A stretch of DNA of 64,000 bases from an uncultured Hormoscilla sp. (lineage in GTDB: Bacteria; Cyanobacteriota; Cyanobacteriia; Cyanobacteriales; Desertifilaceae), in assembly GCA_963921275.4 (NCBI GenBank), contig OZ001293.3:5984001-6048000 (forward strand). The letters run 5' to 3'. The stretch's first letter is position 1. Each line of letters starts with the position of its first letter. The position numbers and the translations under genes are program-made. Below, piece by piece: positions 12,915-24,028 of this stretch. The notes under the pieces are model-generated. The model saw only the letters and a list, made by a program, of their open reading frames with translations. It was not told where the DNA came from and did no database searches.

Positions 12915-14012
12915 GTGGAAGCTAAATTATCTGTTGATTGGCCTTTGAATTATACAGGTACTCGTCTGTTTGTGATGTTAGGGACGGGGCTAGGTTTTGC
13001 AGCCATAGTTATGGATGGGATGGCAGGACGCCTGGGAACCGAAGGGTTCTCATCCCTGACTGTACCATTTTGGTTGTGCGCCTCGGTAACGACGCTCCTT
13101 GGCTACTGGGTAGTGCCTTGGCTGCGGAGACTGAAAGCTGGTCAAGTGATCCGCTCTAATGGTCCCCAAGCCCATTTGAAAAAAGCAGGTACTCCGACAA
13201 TGGGTGGGGTGTTTTTTATTCCGGCAGCAGTAATCTGCGCTACATTGTTGTCAGGATTTAACTCTAATGTGCTTGTCCTATCAAGCGTGACTCTATGCTA
13301 TGGGGCCATCGGCTGTTATGATGATTGGAAAATCATCAACCGTCGTGCCATTAAAGGCTTGTCGCCTCGCAAGAAACTGGCATGGCAGACGGGTTTTGCG
13401 GCTCTATTTTGTCTCTGGCTCGCCTGGAGTCAACCAGTAAGTATCACCACCATTATATTGCCTTTTGGTATAGCTATTCCCCTAGGAATGCTATTCTGGC
13501 TGCTTGCTAGCTTGGCGATGGTGGCAGAAAGTAATGCTGTTAACCTGACTGATGGTGTAGATGGATTGGCCGGGGGAACAAGTGCGATCGCCTTTTTAGG
13601 ATTAGGGGCATTAATTGGGAATAGTTCCCCAGAATTAATGATATTCTGTGCCTGTATGAGCGGCAGTTGTTTGGGATTTTTGGCCTTCAATCGCAACCCG
13701 GCTCGGGTGTTTATGGGTGATACAGGTTCTCTCGCATTAGGAGGTTCCTTAGCAGCCGTTGCCTTACTCAGTAGTAACATTTGGGGTTTATTTATTCTCA
13801 GCGGGATATTCTTAGTAGAAACACTTTCCGTGATGGCACAGGTAAGCTACTTCAAGGCTACCAAAGGACCGGACGGCGTGGGCAAGCGACTGTTGAAGAT
13901 GGCACCGCTACACCACCATTTAGAACTATCTGGGTGGCTGGAAACTCAAGTAGTCGGCCTGTTTTATTTGATTAACGGAATGTTAGCTTTCCTCTGTTTT
14001 AACATGCATTAA
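12915..14012 (+). CDS. mraY: Phospho-N-acetylmuramoyl-pentapeptide transferase
   Basis: KAGTPTMGG, SNAVNLTDGVDGLA, VFMGDTGSLALG, MAPLHHHLEL. Confidence 0.96.
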   Translation: MEAKLSVDWPLNYTGTRLFVMLGTGLGFAAIVMDGMAGRLGTEGFSSLTVPFWLCASVTTLLGYWVVPWLRRLKAGQVIRSNGPQAHLKKAGTPTMGGVFFIPAAVICATLLSGFNSNVLVLSSVTLCYGAIGCYDDWKIINRRAIKGLSPRKKLAWQTGFAALFCLWLAWSQPVSITTIILPFGIAIPLGMLFWLLASLAMVAESNAVNLTDGVDGLAGGTSAIAFLGLGALIGNSSPELMIFCACMSGSCLGFLAFNRNPARVFMGDTGSLALGGSLAAVALLSSNIWGLFILSGIFLVETLSVMAQVSYFKATKGPDGVGKRLLKMAPLHHHLELSGWLETQVVGLFYLINGMLAFLCFNMH

Positions 14013-14064
14013 AATAACCAACAGTTTTTAAATTGTCGGGTGGGCATTGCCCACCCGAAGTTGT

Positions 14065-14828
14065 TTATGGTGATGTTAATTGGTCAAACAAACTCATTAA
14101 CTGCTGGCGCAGCATTTCTAGAGTTTCTGACATAATGATTAGCTTCAAGTGCATCTCGTTCCAACTGAGTTCGTAGCCGTGTCGGAAGAAATGTCTGAAA
14201 TTTAGGTAATCTCTCAGCCTCAACTTTAGCTGTTCGTCGATGACAGCGGGTCTGACACCTTCACGCATCTGAGACATTTGATCCAATAAGTTAAAGTGGG
14301 AGAATTATCCACCAGGTAAGTTCTTATCCAACCGCACTGCTATGCGCCTGAAGATGCTTTCAGTTCCCGTGTAGAACTGTTGGAGATAAGCGGCAAAACC
14401 ATTAAGTTCTAACTGACTGGGATGTTCGGAGACTGTATCTAAGCATCCTGAGTCGTCTTCACTATCCGCGACAAAGCAATAAGTTCGTCTTCAACCAGAC
14501 CTTTTAAGGATAAAATCGGATCTTCAGGCACTTCTACCTCCTGTAATATACGCGATCGCATCTCTGGATAGACATCTTCCAGGGGCACCAGATCCAAATT
14601 CAAATCTGGTGGCAGCAGATCGCAGCAAGCGGAGTAGGCCCGAAAAAATTCTTCTGGCGGGAGTCCCTCTACCGCTATATCAATATCGGAACGATCGTGC
14701 CAAGGGCCCTGTCCCGCTAAAGAACCAAACACGATCGCCCGTTTCGACCCAAATTCTGCTTGCAGCAACCGGGTACAGGCGGCTGCTACGGTCAAAGCTT
14801 TGGCTTTTGATTTTACAGTTGCTTGCAT
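14065..14828 (-). pseudogene. Fused nucleotidyltransferase (MNT)-HEPN toxin-antitoxin gene with the HEPN half broken
   Basis: VFGSLA..SDIDIAV runs into a HEPN N-terminus, then a frameshift near 14440 and a TAA near 14305 before FRHFFRHGY. Confidence 0.7.
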
Positions 14829-14850
14829 AAATGGTTTCCTTCCCATCACC

Positions 14851-15729
14851 CTATAACAGAGTGCCTGCAATCATTCCTGCTAGTAAGATAAAGCCAATCC
14901 CCACATTCTGGCGGAAGATTTGACCGTAGAAGGAACTAGGAATATCCTCCTGATGTAGCCCAAAACAATGCCTTGTCCAACCCCCGATCGCCACCCCTAG
15001 GGCTATCCAAAAAGTCCAGTGCAGCTGCATCGCTAGGCCCAGCCATCCTAGCAGTATAGCTGTACCCGCGAAGAATATGGCAACGGCTTCAGTTGCCCGA
15101 TCGCCAAAAAACAAGGCGCTAGAGTTCACCCCAATGGGTCGATCTTCTTCCCGGTCTGCCATAGCATAGACAGTATCAAAGCCCAAGGTCCAGAGGACAA
15201 CGGCACCCCAGAGGATCCAAGTAGGTGATTCTAAGTGTTCGGCAGCTGCACTCCAGCTAATTAACACGGCAAACCCCCAAGCAATTGATAGCACTAGCTG
15301 GGGAACTGGGAAGATGCGCTTAGCTGAAGGATAGAAAACGATGACTGGCACCGCTGCCACGCATAGCCCAAAACTCAAAGGATTCAGGCATAGTGCTAGT
15401 ATCCCCGCACAGACTAATGCTGCCAAGGCTACTACTAAACCGACTCTTACTGACAGCGCCCGGGATGCCAAGGGACGGGTGCGGGTGCGTTCCACTTGCG
15501 GGTCAATATCTCTGTCCCAGAGGTCATTGATCGCGCACCCAGCGCCACTTGTAGCTAAAGTCCCTAAGACAATCATAGCCACTAGCAGTACCGGTGGCCT
15601 TCCCCGCGCTGCTAAAAATACCGCCCACAGGGCAGGTATCATTAAAATCAGGCGTCCTGCTGGCTTGTCCCACCTCAACAGTCGGATGACAGTCTGCCAG
15701 GTCGGTTCTGGTTGTTGCTCGCTTAGCAT
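14851..15729 (-). CDS. ubiA: 4-hydroxybenzoate solanesyl/polyprenyltransferase (UbiA family)
   Basis: LLRWDKPAG, INDLWDRDID..RTRTRPLAS, FDTVYAMADRE. Confidence 0.9.
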   Translation of the reverse strand: MLSEQQPEPTWQTVIRLLRWDKPAGRLILMIPALWAVFLAARGRPPVLLVAMIVLGTLATSGAGCAINDLWDRDIDPQVERTRTRPLASRALSVRVGLVVALAALVCAGILALCLNPLSFGLCVAAVPVIVFYPSAKRIFPVPQLVLSIAWGFAVLISWSAAAEHLESPTWILWGAVVLWTLGFDTVYAMADREEDRPIGVNSSALFFGDRATEAVAIFFAGTAILLGWLGLAMQLHWTFWIALGVAIGGWTRHCFGLHQEDIPSSFYGQIFRQNVGIGFILLAGMIAGTLL

Positions 15730-15754
15730 AAGCTTTCTTGATTTTGCCTAAACT

Positions 15755-16051
15755 TTACATTATTTCGTAATCCACGGCAATGTTGTCTGTCAAGATGGGT
15801 AAGATCAGGTTTTGCTTGACTTCCTGGTGGTCCGGGTGGTCTTGGTAGCTCTTGAGGGCCTCCCGGGAAGCTAATCGCACTACTAAGCCATGTTGAAACC
15901 CTTGCCCCCTTTCTGAGAAATTCTCCCCGCAGGAGAGGTCGATAATCTGCGGGATTTTTGCTTTCAGCCCTTTGAGACCATCCATCACAGAGGCGATCGC
16001 TTCTGGGGATGCATCCGGCTGCCACTTAAATAAAACAATATGTTCTATCAT
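15755..16051 (-). CDS. Dabb family stress-responsive alpha/beta barrel protein
   Basis: MIEHIVLFKW..GENFS..YQDHPDH. Confidence 0.85.
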   Translation of the reverse strand: MIEHIVLFKWQPDASPEAIASVMDGLKGLKAKIPQIIDLSCGENFSERGQGFQHGLVVRLASREALKSYQDHPDHQEVKQNLILPILTDNIAVDYEIM

Positions 16052-16145
16052 CTGATGATTGCTAATTGATAATTGCTAATTGTAACTTACCATTAATTAT
16101 TAACTGTTACCAATTTTAAAAAGTGGTCATTCTTCAATAAGTAGG

Positions 16146-17789
16146 ATGCTTGATTCAATCTTAGAGAGTAAAGACCAGGTAGTCAGGCAGAATTCACAGC
16201 CGATGGATTCAGAAATAGTGCTGGCGGCGATCGATGTCGGGACTAACTCGGTTCACATGGTGGTAGTGGAGATCCAACCGGAACTGTCAGCGTTTACGAT
16301 TATTGCCAGGGAAAAGGAAACGGTCAGACTGGGGGATAGAGAACCCAAGACGGGTAAGTTGAAACCGGAACCGATGTCCAGGACGATCGCCGCCTTGAGA
16401 CGGTTTCTGGAAATTGCCAAAAGCCTGAAGGTCCAACAGACGATCGCGGTAGCCACCAGTGCGGTGCGAGAGGCTCCCAATGGGCGCGACTTCCTGAAAC
16501 AGGTAAAATCAGAGTTGGGGCTGTTCATCAACTTAATCTCCGGACCGGAGGAAGCCAGAAGAATCTATCTGGGTGTCTTGTCGGCGATGAAGTTCAACGG
16601 TAAACCCCATATCATCATTGATATAGGCGGCGGTTCGACAGAATTAATCTTAGGAGATGGTCGGGACCCGCGCAGCTTGAGCAGTACCAAAGTGGGTGCG
16701 GTACGACTCACTGCTGAGTATATCATCACTGACCCCATCAGTAATAAGGAATTTCTGTATCTGCAAGCATACGTGCGGGGAAGGCTAGAACGTCCGGTTG
16801 AGGAATTACAGGCTCATTTACAGCCTGGGGAACGACCTCGTTTAGTGGGAACTTCCGGTACGATCGAAACCCTGGGCACGATCTCTGCCTACAATCAGCT
16901 GGGCCTTGAGCCAAGTCCCCTCACTGGCTATGAACTGAGCTTCAAGCACCTGTGCGCATTAGTCGATCGCTTGCGTACTCTTTCCGACTCCGAACGGGCG
17001 AAAATTCCGGGCATGTCCGAGAAGCGATCAGAAATTATCCTGGCGGGGGCGGTAATTTTACTCGAAGCCATGCGGCTGCTGGGTCTTGATTCTGTGACAA
17101 TTTGCGAAAGCAGTCTCCGAGAAGGGATTATTGTTGATTGGATGCTCGCCCACGGCTTAATTTCTGATAAGCTATGCTACCAGAGTGAGGTGCGTCAGCG
17201 CAGCGCGATCAAAGTTGCCCATAAATACCAGGTCGCGCTCGAAGCTGCTCGGCGAACTGCCCATTTTTCTCTGAATCTATTTGACCAAATTCAGGGGATT
17301 TTACACAGTTGGGGACCGGAAGAACGGGAACTGCTTTGGGCGGCGGCAATTTTGCACAATTGTGGCGTTTATATCAGTCATGCTGCCCATCACAAGCATT
17401 CTTATTATCTGATCCGTAACGGGGAACTGCTGGGTTATACGGAAACTGAGGTAGAAGTAATTGCTAATTTAGCCCGGTATCACCGCAAGAGTCCGCCGAA
17501 GAAGAAGCACGAAAATTACAACAATTTAGCCAGTCACAAGCATCGGGAGATGGTGGCGCAATTAAGTCCCCTGCTGCGACTAGCTGTGGCCCTCGACCGG
17601 CGTCAAATTGGTGCGATTAAAGCAGTGCGGTGTGAATATAATTCAAAGAAAAAAGAATTGCACCTGCACCTGCACTCTGCTAATCCAGATGATAACTGTG
17701 AATTAGAATTATGGAGCTTGAATGAGAAGAAGGGTGTTTTTGAAGCGGAATATGGGGTTAAGTTAGTGCCGATTTTGTCCCGGGGTTAA
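16146..17789 (+). CDS. ppx: Exopolyphosphatase, Ppx/GppA family
   Basis: AAIDVGTNS, ATSAVREAPNG, DIGGGSTE and a C-terminal HD-like domain. Confidence 0.92.
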   Translation: MLDSILESKDQVVRQNSQPMDSEIVLAAIDVGTNSVHMVVVEIQPELSAFTIIAREKETVRLGDREPKTGKLKPEPMSRTIAALRRFLEIAKSLKVQQTIAVATSAVREAPNGRDFLKQVKSELGLFINLISGPEEARRIYLGVLSAMKFNGKPHIIIDIGGGSTELILGDGRDPRSLSSTKVGAVRLTAEYIITDPISNKEFLYLQAYVRGRLERPVEELQAHLQPGERPRLVGTSGTIETLGTISAYNQLGLEPSPLTGYELSFKHLCALVDRLRTLSDSERAKIPGMSEKRSEIILAGAVILLEAMRLLGLDSVTICESSLREGIIVDWMLAHGLISDKLCYQSEVRQRSAIKVAHKYQVALEAARRTAHFSLNLFDQIQGILHSWGPEERELLWAAAILHNCGVYISHAAHHKHSYYLIRNGELLGYTETEVEVIANLARYHRKSPPKKKHENYNNLASHKHREMVAQLSPLLRLAVALDRRQIGAIKAVRCEYNSKKKELHLHLHSANPDDNCELELWSLNEKKGVFEAEYGVKLVPILSRG

Positions 17790-18196
17790 TTATTTATAAG
17801 CCACGACACGCTGCGCTACCACCGGTGGGGCTACACCGGTTTTTCCGGACCGGTGCAAAGCAATGTCATTGCGATTTTTCGCGCAGCGTGCGCAGCGTGC
17901 GCAGCGTGGCAACCTTCGCAGGCGGGCTTAATTACATTCTGGAGATACAGCAGAGAGCAGAGATTGACGAACCGTTCCGGAAAAATCGGATGAAGTTTGC
18001 CATCTGTCCTCTGATTGCGTTATAATTATCTATCAGTTGGGTCCGTAACTCCGCCGGTGCCGATCCAGATCCAGGCTACTAGCCATGGTAAATAATTGCA
18101 TCTCCTTCATCTTGAAGAAAGTACCTAAAATAATTGGAGCATGAACCATGAAATTTATTTTTCTATCCGGTTTTAAATACAATGATACAATGTGTG

Positions 18197-18780
18197 TGGC
18201 CTAAAAAGGAAATGGTAGCTAGTATTAGTTTTAGACTCTGGCTAATATAGTACTCAAATAGCTCCCGGGGTATAGTGTGGACCTAAAGGTATCGCGAAAT
18301 GTTGTTAGGGAACGAAGTAACCTCTCGTGTGCTGTCCATCAGGACAAGTTAGATGTTAAGCGCAAGCCACGGGGGGAGGGATGGCCCAAGAAGCGAATGC
18401 CCGGGGTAATTCCTGGGATAACATCTACAGTAATGTAGATGATGCTGGGTAGCCAGCCCTGACGTGGGTCGGTGATACTAGGAAGCTGCTGGAATGAGTA
18501 ATCCTAAAAAGCCACAGAACTAATCCGAAACGCAAGTGGAGGATAAGGTATGGATAACTGGTAAAACTGACTTGAAAATGGTGATACTAACGGTTATCAG
18601 AACAACCACTCGCTAAACCAGGAAAGGGAAGAAAAGACAGGCGGCAAGGGCTAACGGAAGTAATTCCTATTAAGTCTACCTATGAAAAGGGCCTAGTACC
18701 CAGTAGCCGGATGCGGTGAAAATCGCAAGTCCGGTTCCTCAAGGGAGGGTCGGGAAGCGATTCCCGGCTCGACCCCATCC
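18197..18780 (+). mobile_element. 5'-truncated ORF-less group II intron, family A
   Basis: Matches 3250-3833 almost exactly, including the CCCCATCC end; the first ~287 nt are missing. Confidence 0.9.
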
Positions 18781-19010
18781 ATCATCAACCTAGCCTAGGG
18801 GGAGAGGAATCTGGTCAGGTTTATCCTCCTCCCACCCCTGGGAGGAGGAATCTGGTCAGGTTTATCCTCCTCCCACCCCTGGGAAGAGAGGAATCTGGTC
18901 AGGTTTATCATCAACCTAGCCTAGGGGAAGAGGAATCTGGTCAGGTTTATCCTCCTCCCAGGAGTGGGAGGAGAGGAATCTGGTCAGGTTGATCGTCTTC
19001 CTACCCCTGG
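18781..19010. repeat. Tandem array of ~42-bp units with hairpin linkers
   Basis: GAGGAATCTGGTCAGGTT at 18804, 18845, 18888, 18930 and 18973. Confidence 0.85.
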
Positions 19011-19129
19011 ATGTGGTCATTTGTGGCACAAGGATGGATCATCCCCCCCAACCCCCCAACTTAGCCTTACCATTACTCACAGGGTATTGTGTAAGCATTC
19101 AGCCGATCGAGTTATCATGAGATGGCGGT

Positions 19130-20125
19130 GCAATAGTTATGTGTCCAATATATCATCACAAAAATGTCGAGCAAAGAAGAACAGCCACTCAAGCTAGCTG
19201 CGCTGGAGAATGCTGATATTAAACTCATCAGGGACTGTTCGCGTCGATATAATTCGATCCAGATCTGATATCGCATATTCATAGCCGACTGAGTCGCGAT
19301 CGCCGGGACTCACACAGGCTCGAATCAGAGCAATGCAAAGCTCCATAAAGCAGTTGGAACTACCCAAATACTGCCACCAGTCAGTACCTATCCTGACAGC
19401 AACGTGGACTTCTACACCGTCTTTCACAAACTCACACTCCCATCGATTATCAGGTGGGAGTATCATTGCCCCTTCTGGAAGCTTGTCTTTTATGTTTCTA
19501 AGGATGTGCCAGTCCTTCTTGTTAGATTGCTTTTCCGTCCCATACAGAACCCCATAGTTAAATTCAACTCTCTTGACTCCTGCTTCTGTAGCCCATTTCC
19601 CAAAGTTATCTAAGATAGCATCTGCAAAGTTTTTACTAATCTGGTCGTTAAGGCAGCGAGGTCCACTTTTGAGAGTTGCAAGTTTGAGAATATCACCTTC
19701 AATACGTTTCCCATCTAATGCTGAATTTGTCGTGTGCATCTCGCTCAAAACAGCCTCCCAACCATAAATAGGTAGTGCCACAACCTCTACCATCCGACCA
19801 GCAGCAGTTTCCATTGAAGAAAACTGCTTTGCCGGGAGTATATCACGTTCAAGCTGACTAATGCGGCTGTAGCCTCGATGAAAGCAGTGAATCATCAAGA
19901 CAAAAGGGCTTGTATTGAATTTATTAAATTTAGCGTCTTCAGCAGGGAGAGAAGCAACGTGCGGCGTCTTCCGCGTGCTCTTGTCCTGAAGGACTCGGCA
20001 CGCTCCAGACACCGATGCCTGATTCGATCGCGAAACTGATTTTCCATCGCCAGGACTCGCTTGGTTGACTCTGACCGAGAATCAACCAGTTCTAAACCTG
20101 CTAAAAGACTTGACTTTGTAATTAT
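19130..20125 (-). pseudogene. Putative type II restriction endonuclease, disrupted
   Basis: Directly downstream of a C5-MTase; EGD..LATLKSG motif; frameshifting 53-nt hairpin insert at 19962-20014; TAG at 19194 followed by a continuing frame (LEWLFFFARHF). Confidence 0.55.
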
Positions 20126-20968
20126 CCGCCAGTTTGACCCTTCTGGAACCAGGCTGAGGTAGTATTTTTTTCGAGGGCTAAAGTCCATTACAACTGGGTT
20201 CTCTTCTCTCAGGTCACCTATGACGTCCCTCAAGGTCGCCCAAGGTTTTCTGTCAGACTCATTACCAAAAAGAGAGAGTTGCATTTCCTTTTCTTCCGAT
20301 GGGCCGTGTGTTGGGTCGGGAAAGTCAACTACGGCGTTGTAGCGATTACCGATGAAGAGTGCTCTCTCCCGGATCTGCGGCGCACCGTAGTTAACGGCAT
20401 TGACTTCAAAACAGTCCATGTGGTAAGAAGCTCCGGGAATATTTTTTAAGTCACTAGCAAAAAGCTTAACTACAGAACCAGGCTCTTCGTCAGGTTCTAA
20501 GGCTAAACCTCCCTTCTCTGGACGTTTGGCGATCGGGCGGTGGCGAAGGGCTGCGGAGAGCAGCCCGCGCACGTTCTCCATCAGAAAAAATTTCGGCTTG
20601 ATAACTGCGATAAAGTTCAGGTATTGCCAAAGTAAAGTACCCCGTGGGTCTTGCACTGTTCGACGCTTTCCTGCTGTACTGAATGACTGACAGGGTGGCC
20701 CACCAACTATCAGGTCTAGTTCCTCGGGCTGAAGACCAATTGCATCTAATACTTCTGACGGGCTAACAGCACAAATATCTCTCTCGAAGACTTTCATATT
20801 TCGATCTAGTTTGCCCGATTGCTGATTGCGACGAATCGTTTCTGTACAGGCATTATCTTTCTCAATACATGCTAAGATTCTAAACCGTCCTGTAGATTTC
20901 AGTCCGAGGTCGAGACCCATACCACCAGAAAATATGGATACAACTGTATACTGGCTACTATCTGTCAT
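20126..20968 (-). pseudogene. DNA (cytosine-5)-methyltransferase, C-terminally deleted
   Basis: Motifs I (FSGGMG), IV (GGPPCQSFS), VI (MENV) and VIII (PQIRER) present; motifs IX-X absent; the frame runs into the neighbouring gene after EGSNWR. Confidence 0.8.
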
Positions 20969-21215
20969 TTTGGCGATTCTCTCAATTGTCTAGTATTATT
21001 CTAGTATACATCATACAGAACTTTATCCTTGTAGGTGGTATAATCCTGTTCCACTTTGATCGAGAGTTCCCTGTCCGCCAGACCCAGGCGATCGCCAACA
21101 GCGAGGTCGTAGGTTGTCGGCGCGGCGATCCATTTGTAACTCATCTCAGGCGCGTAGCGCTAGAAACCTGGTTTCTAGCGCGTTTCACAGTTTGGTTCAG
21201 TGCTGCTGCTGTTGG

Positions 21216-21866
21216 CTAAACATTTCCTAACCCTGACAGAAACTCCACAAATGGTCGGAAGCATTGAGGATAGCGATCGGCAATCTCTTGATAGGAAGCA
21301 TTTTCTAAGATATTTGCAGCATCTACAGTTTCTTTATAGGGTCTACCGCAACTATCGAAAATTCTCTGTACAACCTGCTTGGGCGGGAGATCGTGGTTTT
21401 GCTCCTCAACTGGCCGTTGCCATGTAATCTTCAAGGAATTGACCTCCAGGAATTTTTTTAATTCCTCCTCAGCGGCAAGGATGAGTATCTCTAGCTCGTA
21501 CTTAAAGCAGAATACCTGAAAACGCTCTCTCAGTCTGAGATCGTCTCCCAACCCTCTGTTTCGCACTGTTTCATCGAACTTATTGAGCATTCCCATCTTC
21601 AGTTCGGCAAAAGTTTCGTGGGTAAACCCCTTATTTTTCGGGTATAAGTCGGGAATTACCACGACAATTGTATTGGGATCGTTGAGGATAATGTTGACGG
21701 ATGTGACCGGAATAGTGAGCAATAAAAACTTCTTGGCATCTCCGGCTTTCGCCCGGAAGAATTGTATACTGATTCCTTGTTGGGCTTTTTCGGCAATTAA
21801 AGGTGCTAGCAATGCTTCCATAGCACGTTTGTCAGAGTCACTTTCCACATAAATCACGACTTTCAT
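21216..21866 (-). CDS. DUF4276-like (TOPRIM-like) partner of an ABC ATPase
   Basis: VVIYVESDSD, PDLYP, ELEILILA; overlaps the ATPase stop codon. Confidence 0.7.
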   Translation of the reverse strand: MKVVIYVESDSDKRAMEALLAPLIAEKAQQGISIQFFRAKAGDAKKFLLLTIPVTSVNIILNDPNTIVVVIPDLYPKNKGFTHETFAELKMGMLNKFDETVRNRGLGDDLRLRERFQVFCFKYELEILILAAEEELKKFLEVNSLKITWQRPVEEQNHDLPPKQVVQRIFDSCGRPYKETVDAANILENASYQEIADRYPQCFRPFVEFLSGLGNV

Positions 21867-23038
21867 GATAGCACCTCCAAGTGATCGCTCCAGTGCAGGT
21901 ACTCAATTTCGGATTCTCCAAAGTCCTTTATCATATCTGTTAAGGTTTTGGACTTAGCTGGCTTCAGGAAATTAGCTGCCCCTTCGTCCTTGCGGAAGAG
22001 GGCAATTCGTTCAAAATTAAACTGGAGTAGGAAAAATGACCCGTGGGATGTTACAAGGATCTGACCGTGTTCCCAGGATGCTTTATCCAAGAACGCAGCT
22101 ATAATTGGATAGGTCCGGGGATGAAGACCCTGTTCGGGTTCGTCAATAAAAATCAGAGAGGGCGGGTTGGGGTGCAGGCAAAGACTGAACCAACACATTA
22201 AACGCAGAGTCCCGTCGGATAAGTCGGCTATGCTTAATTCCCGATCGCTCTCTTGTTCCTGCCAGAAAGTCATCACTTCTCCCGGGCCGCCTCTGGCCTT
22301 GACAGTCAAACTCTTGAACCCGCGAATTGCACCACGCAAATGTAATTGCAGTTGCTGAAATATTTGGGGATGCTCGGTCATAAAATAATGCAATACGGCA
22401 CTCAAATTGCCCCCATCTTCATCCAGCCATGGTTGCGGTTGTACGAGGACCGATCGGCGAATCTTGTCAGTGGCGATGTTGAAGGTGCTGTAAAATCGCC
22501 AACTACGAATATAATCCCCCAACTGCAAGAGCATTTTCATTCTCGGGTCGGCTATACTACCCAAAGCAAGCTGATCGCGCCTGGAGAGCAATTCTTGTTT
22601 TATCTCTGTTTTCCCCTCCCCTGCTGGTTGATGCACGAAGCTCTCCTTGCCGTGCCGATCCAGGAATAAAATAGGTTTCACGCCCGACTCGGCAGAGGAG
22701 ACTCGTTCAAAAGAAATTTCGTGACCTGCCCTCGGTCCGGTCAGTTCTCCTTGGTAACGGACAGGGACTTCGGTACCCAAATCTATTTCCAAGTCCCAGG
22801 TAAACTTTTCTGGTCCCGGCACGTGGAAAATATTTTGCCCGATCGACCCGGGAATAATTTCACTAGGGATATCCCCCTGCATGGCATCTCGCAAGAACTT
22901 CATAAATTCAAACAAGCTTGACTTCCCCGAACCATTAGAACCTACTATCACTTCTAGGGGGGACAGTGGGGCAACAAAATCTCTAAAGGGTCGATAACCT
23001 TTAATTTTGAGTGACGTGAGCTGGGGATGCTTCTTCAT
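21863..23038 (-). CDS. AAA_21/ABC-type ATPase (defence-associated type)
   Basis: GSNGSGKS, LSDGT, FIDEPEQGLHP, VTSH. Confidence 0.88.
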   Translation of the reverse strand: MKKHPQLTSLKIKGYRPFRDFVAPLSPLEVIVGSNGSGKSSLFEFMKFLRDAMQGDIPSEIIPGSIGQNIFHVPGPEKFTWDLEIDLGTEVPVRYQGELTGPRAGHEISFERVSSAESGVKPILFLDRHGKESFVHQPAGEGKTEIKQELLSRRDQLALGSIADPRMKMLLQLGDYIRSWRFYSTFNIATDKIRRSVLVQPQPWLDEDGGNLSAVLHYFMTEHPQIFQQLQLHLRGAIRGFKSLTVKARGGPGEVMTFWQEQESDRELSIADLSDGTLRLMCWFSLCLHPNPPSLIFIDEPEQGLHPRTYPIIAAFLDKASWEHGQILVTSHGSFFLLQFNFERIALFRKDEGAANFLKPAKSKTLTDMIKDFGESEIEYLHWSDHLEVLS

Positions 23039-23211
23039 TTCTCTACCTCCGTTAACTGTAATAATAATATAACCCAATTAGCGCAGTCGAAGCTTTTGTC
23101 ATTCCGGTAGGACTGTTGCGTAGGTTGTCGGCGCGGCGAGCCATTATGTAACTCATATCATTTGCTACTCACTTGAGTTATGATTATTGATGAAATCAAC
23201 CATAGCATAAG

Positions 23212-23532
23212 ATGACGCAACTAACAGCCACGGAGTATAAGCATATCCAGTTAGATGCCAAAGGAGTACCTCTGATCGCCGGAACCACGATGAAAGTGGT
23301 AGAATTAGTCATGGCTCAAATGGCTTACGGCTGGGGACCAGAAGAGTTACACTTTCAGCATCCATATTTAACCATGAGTCAGATTCATTCTGCCTTTGCT
23401 TATTACTGGGAGCATAAAGAGGAACTTGATGCCGATATCGAAAGGCGAGAGGAGTAAGTGAAACAGGCAGAAAAAGCAGCAGGACCATCGCCTATAGCTG
23501 CGAAATTGCGGGCAATGGGGTTATTAACATGA
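23212..23532 (+). pseudogene. DUF433 family antitoxin with premature stop
   Basis: GVPLIAGTTMKV..QHPYLTMSQIHSAFAYY; TAA at 23455, frame continues to TGA 23532. Confidence 0.75.
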
Positions 23533-23544
23533 GTATAGCCCTAT

Positions 23545-23883
23545 ATGGATGAGCATGTCCATCAAGGAATTACAACTGAGTTGCGCAAAGTAGATGTTTT
23601 GACAGTTCAAGAAGATGGAGGTACTAGCTTTCCTGACCCCATTATTATTGACCGTGCAACAGAACTATTTCGCGTCATGTTTTCACAAGACCAGGATTTT
23701 CTGGTTGAAGCGAAACTTCGTCAGACTGCGGGGATAAATTTTACTGGTGTCATATACGCCCGTCAATACCATGTCTATATTGGTGATTGTATACGCGACT
23801 TGGAACTGATTGCTAAAGCATGTAATCCTGAAGACTGTGCAAACTTTGTCCAATACCTGCCCTTGTTATCTATAATTTGGTAA
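23545..23883 (+). CDS. DUF5615 PIN-like toxin (copy 1; 5' end appears frameshifted)
   Basis: MDEHV..DVLTVQEDG..FSQDQDF. Confidence 0.7.
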   Translation: MDEHVHQGITTELRKVDVLTVQEDGGTSFPDPIIIDRATELFRVMFSQDQDFLVEAKLRQTAGINFTGVIYARQYHVYIGDCIRDLELIAKACNPEDCANFVQYLPLLSIIW

Positions 23884-24028
23884 TGGAGATAGCCGTGGTT
23901 AAAACCAGTTGGTAAAAAAAAGATACCCGCTGCTGGTGCGGTGCCCACCCTACTTCAATTAAATTTCCTGGGCCACTATTCTGTTGCAGATGTGAGAAGA
24001 TGGATGAAGCTGTAAATGTTGTGGCAAT

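Noticed and set aside
18781..19010. Possible CRISPR array
   Set aside because: The linkers are ~20 nt, repeat each other and form hairpins; no cas genes are in the window.
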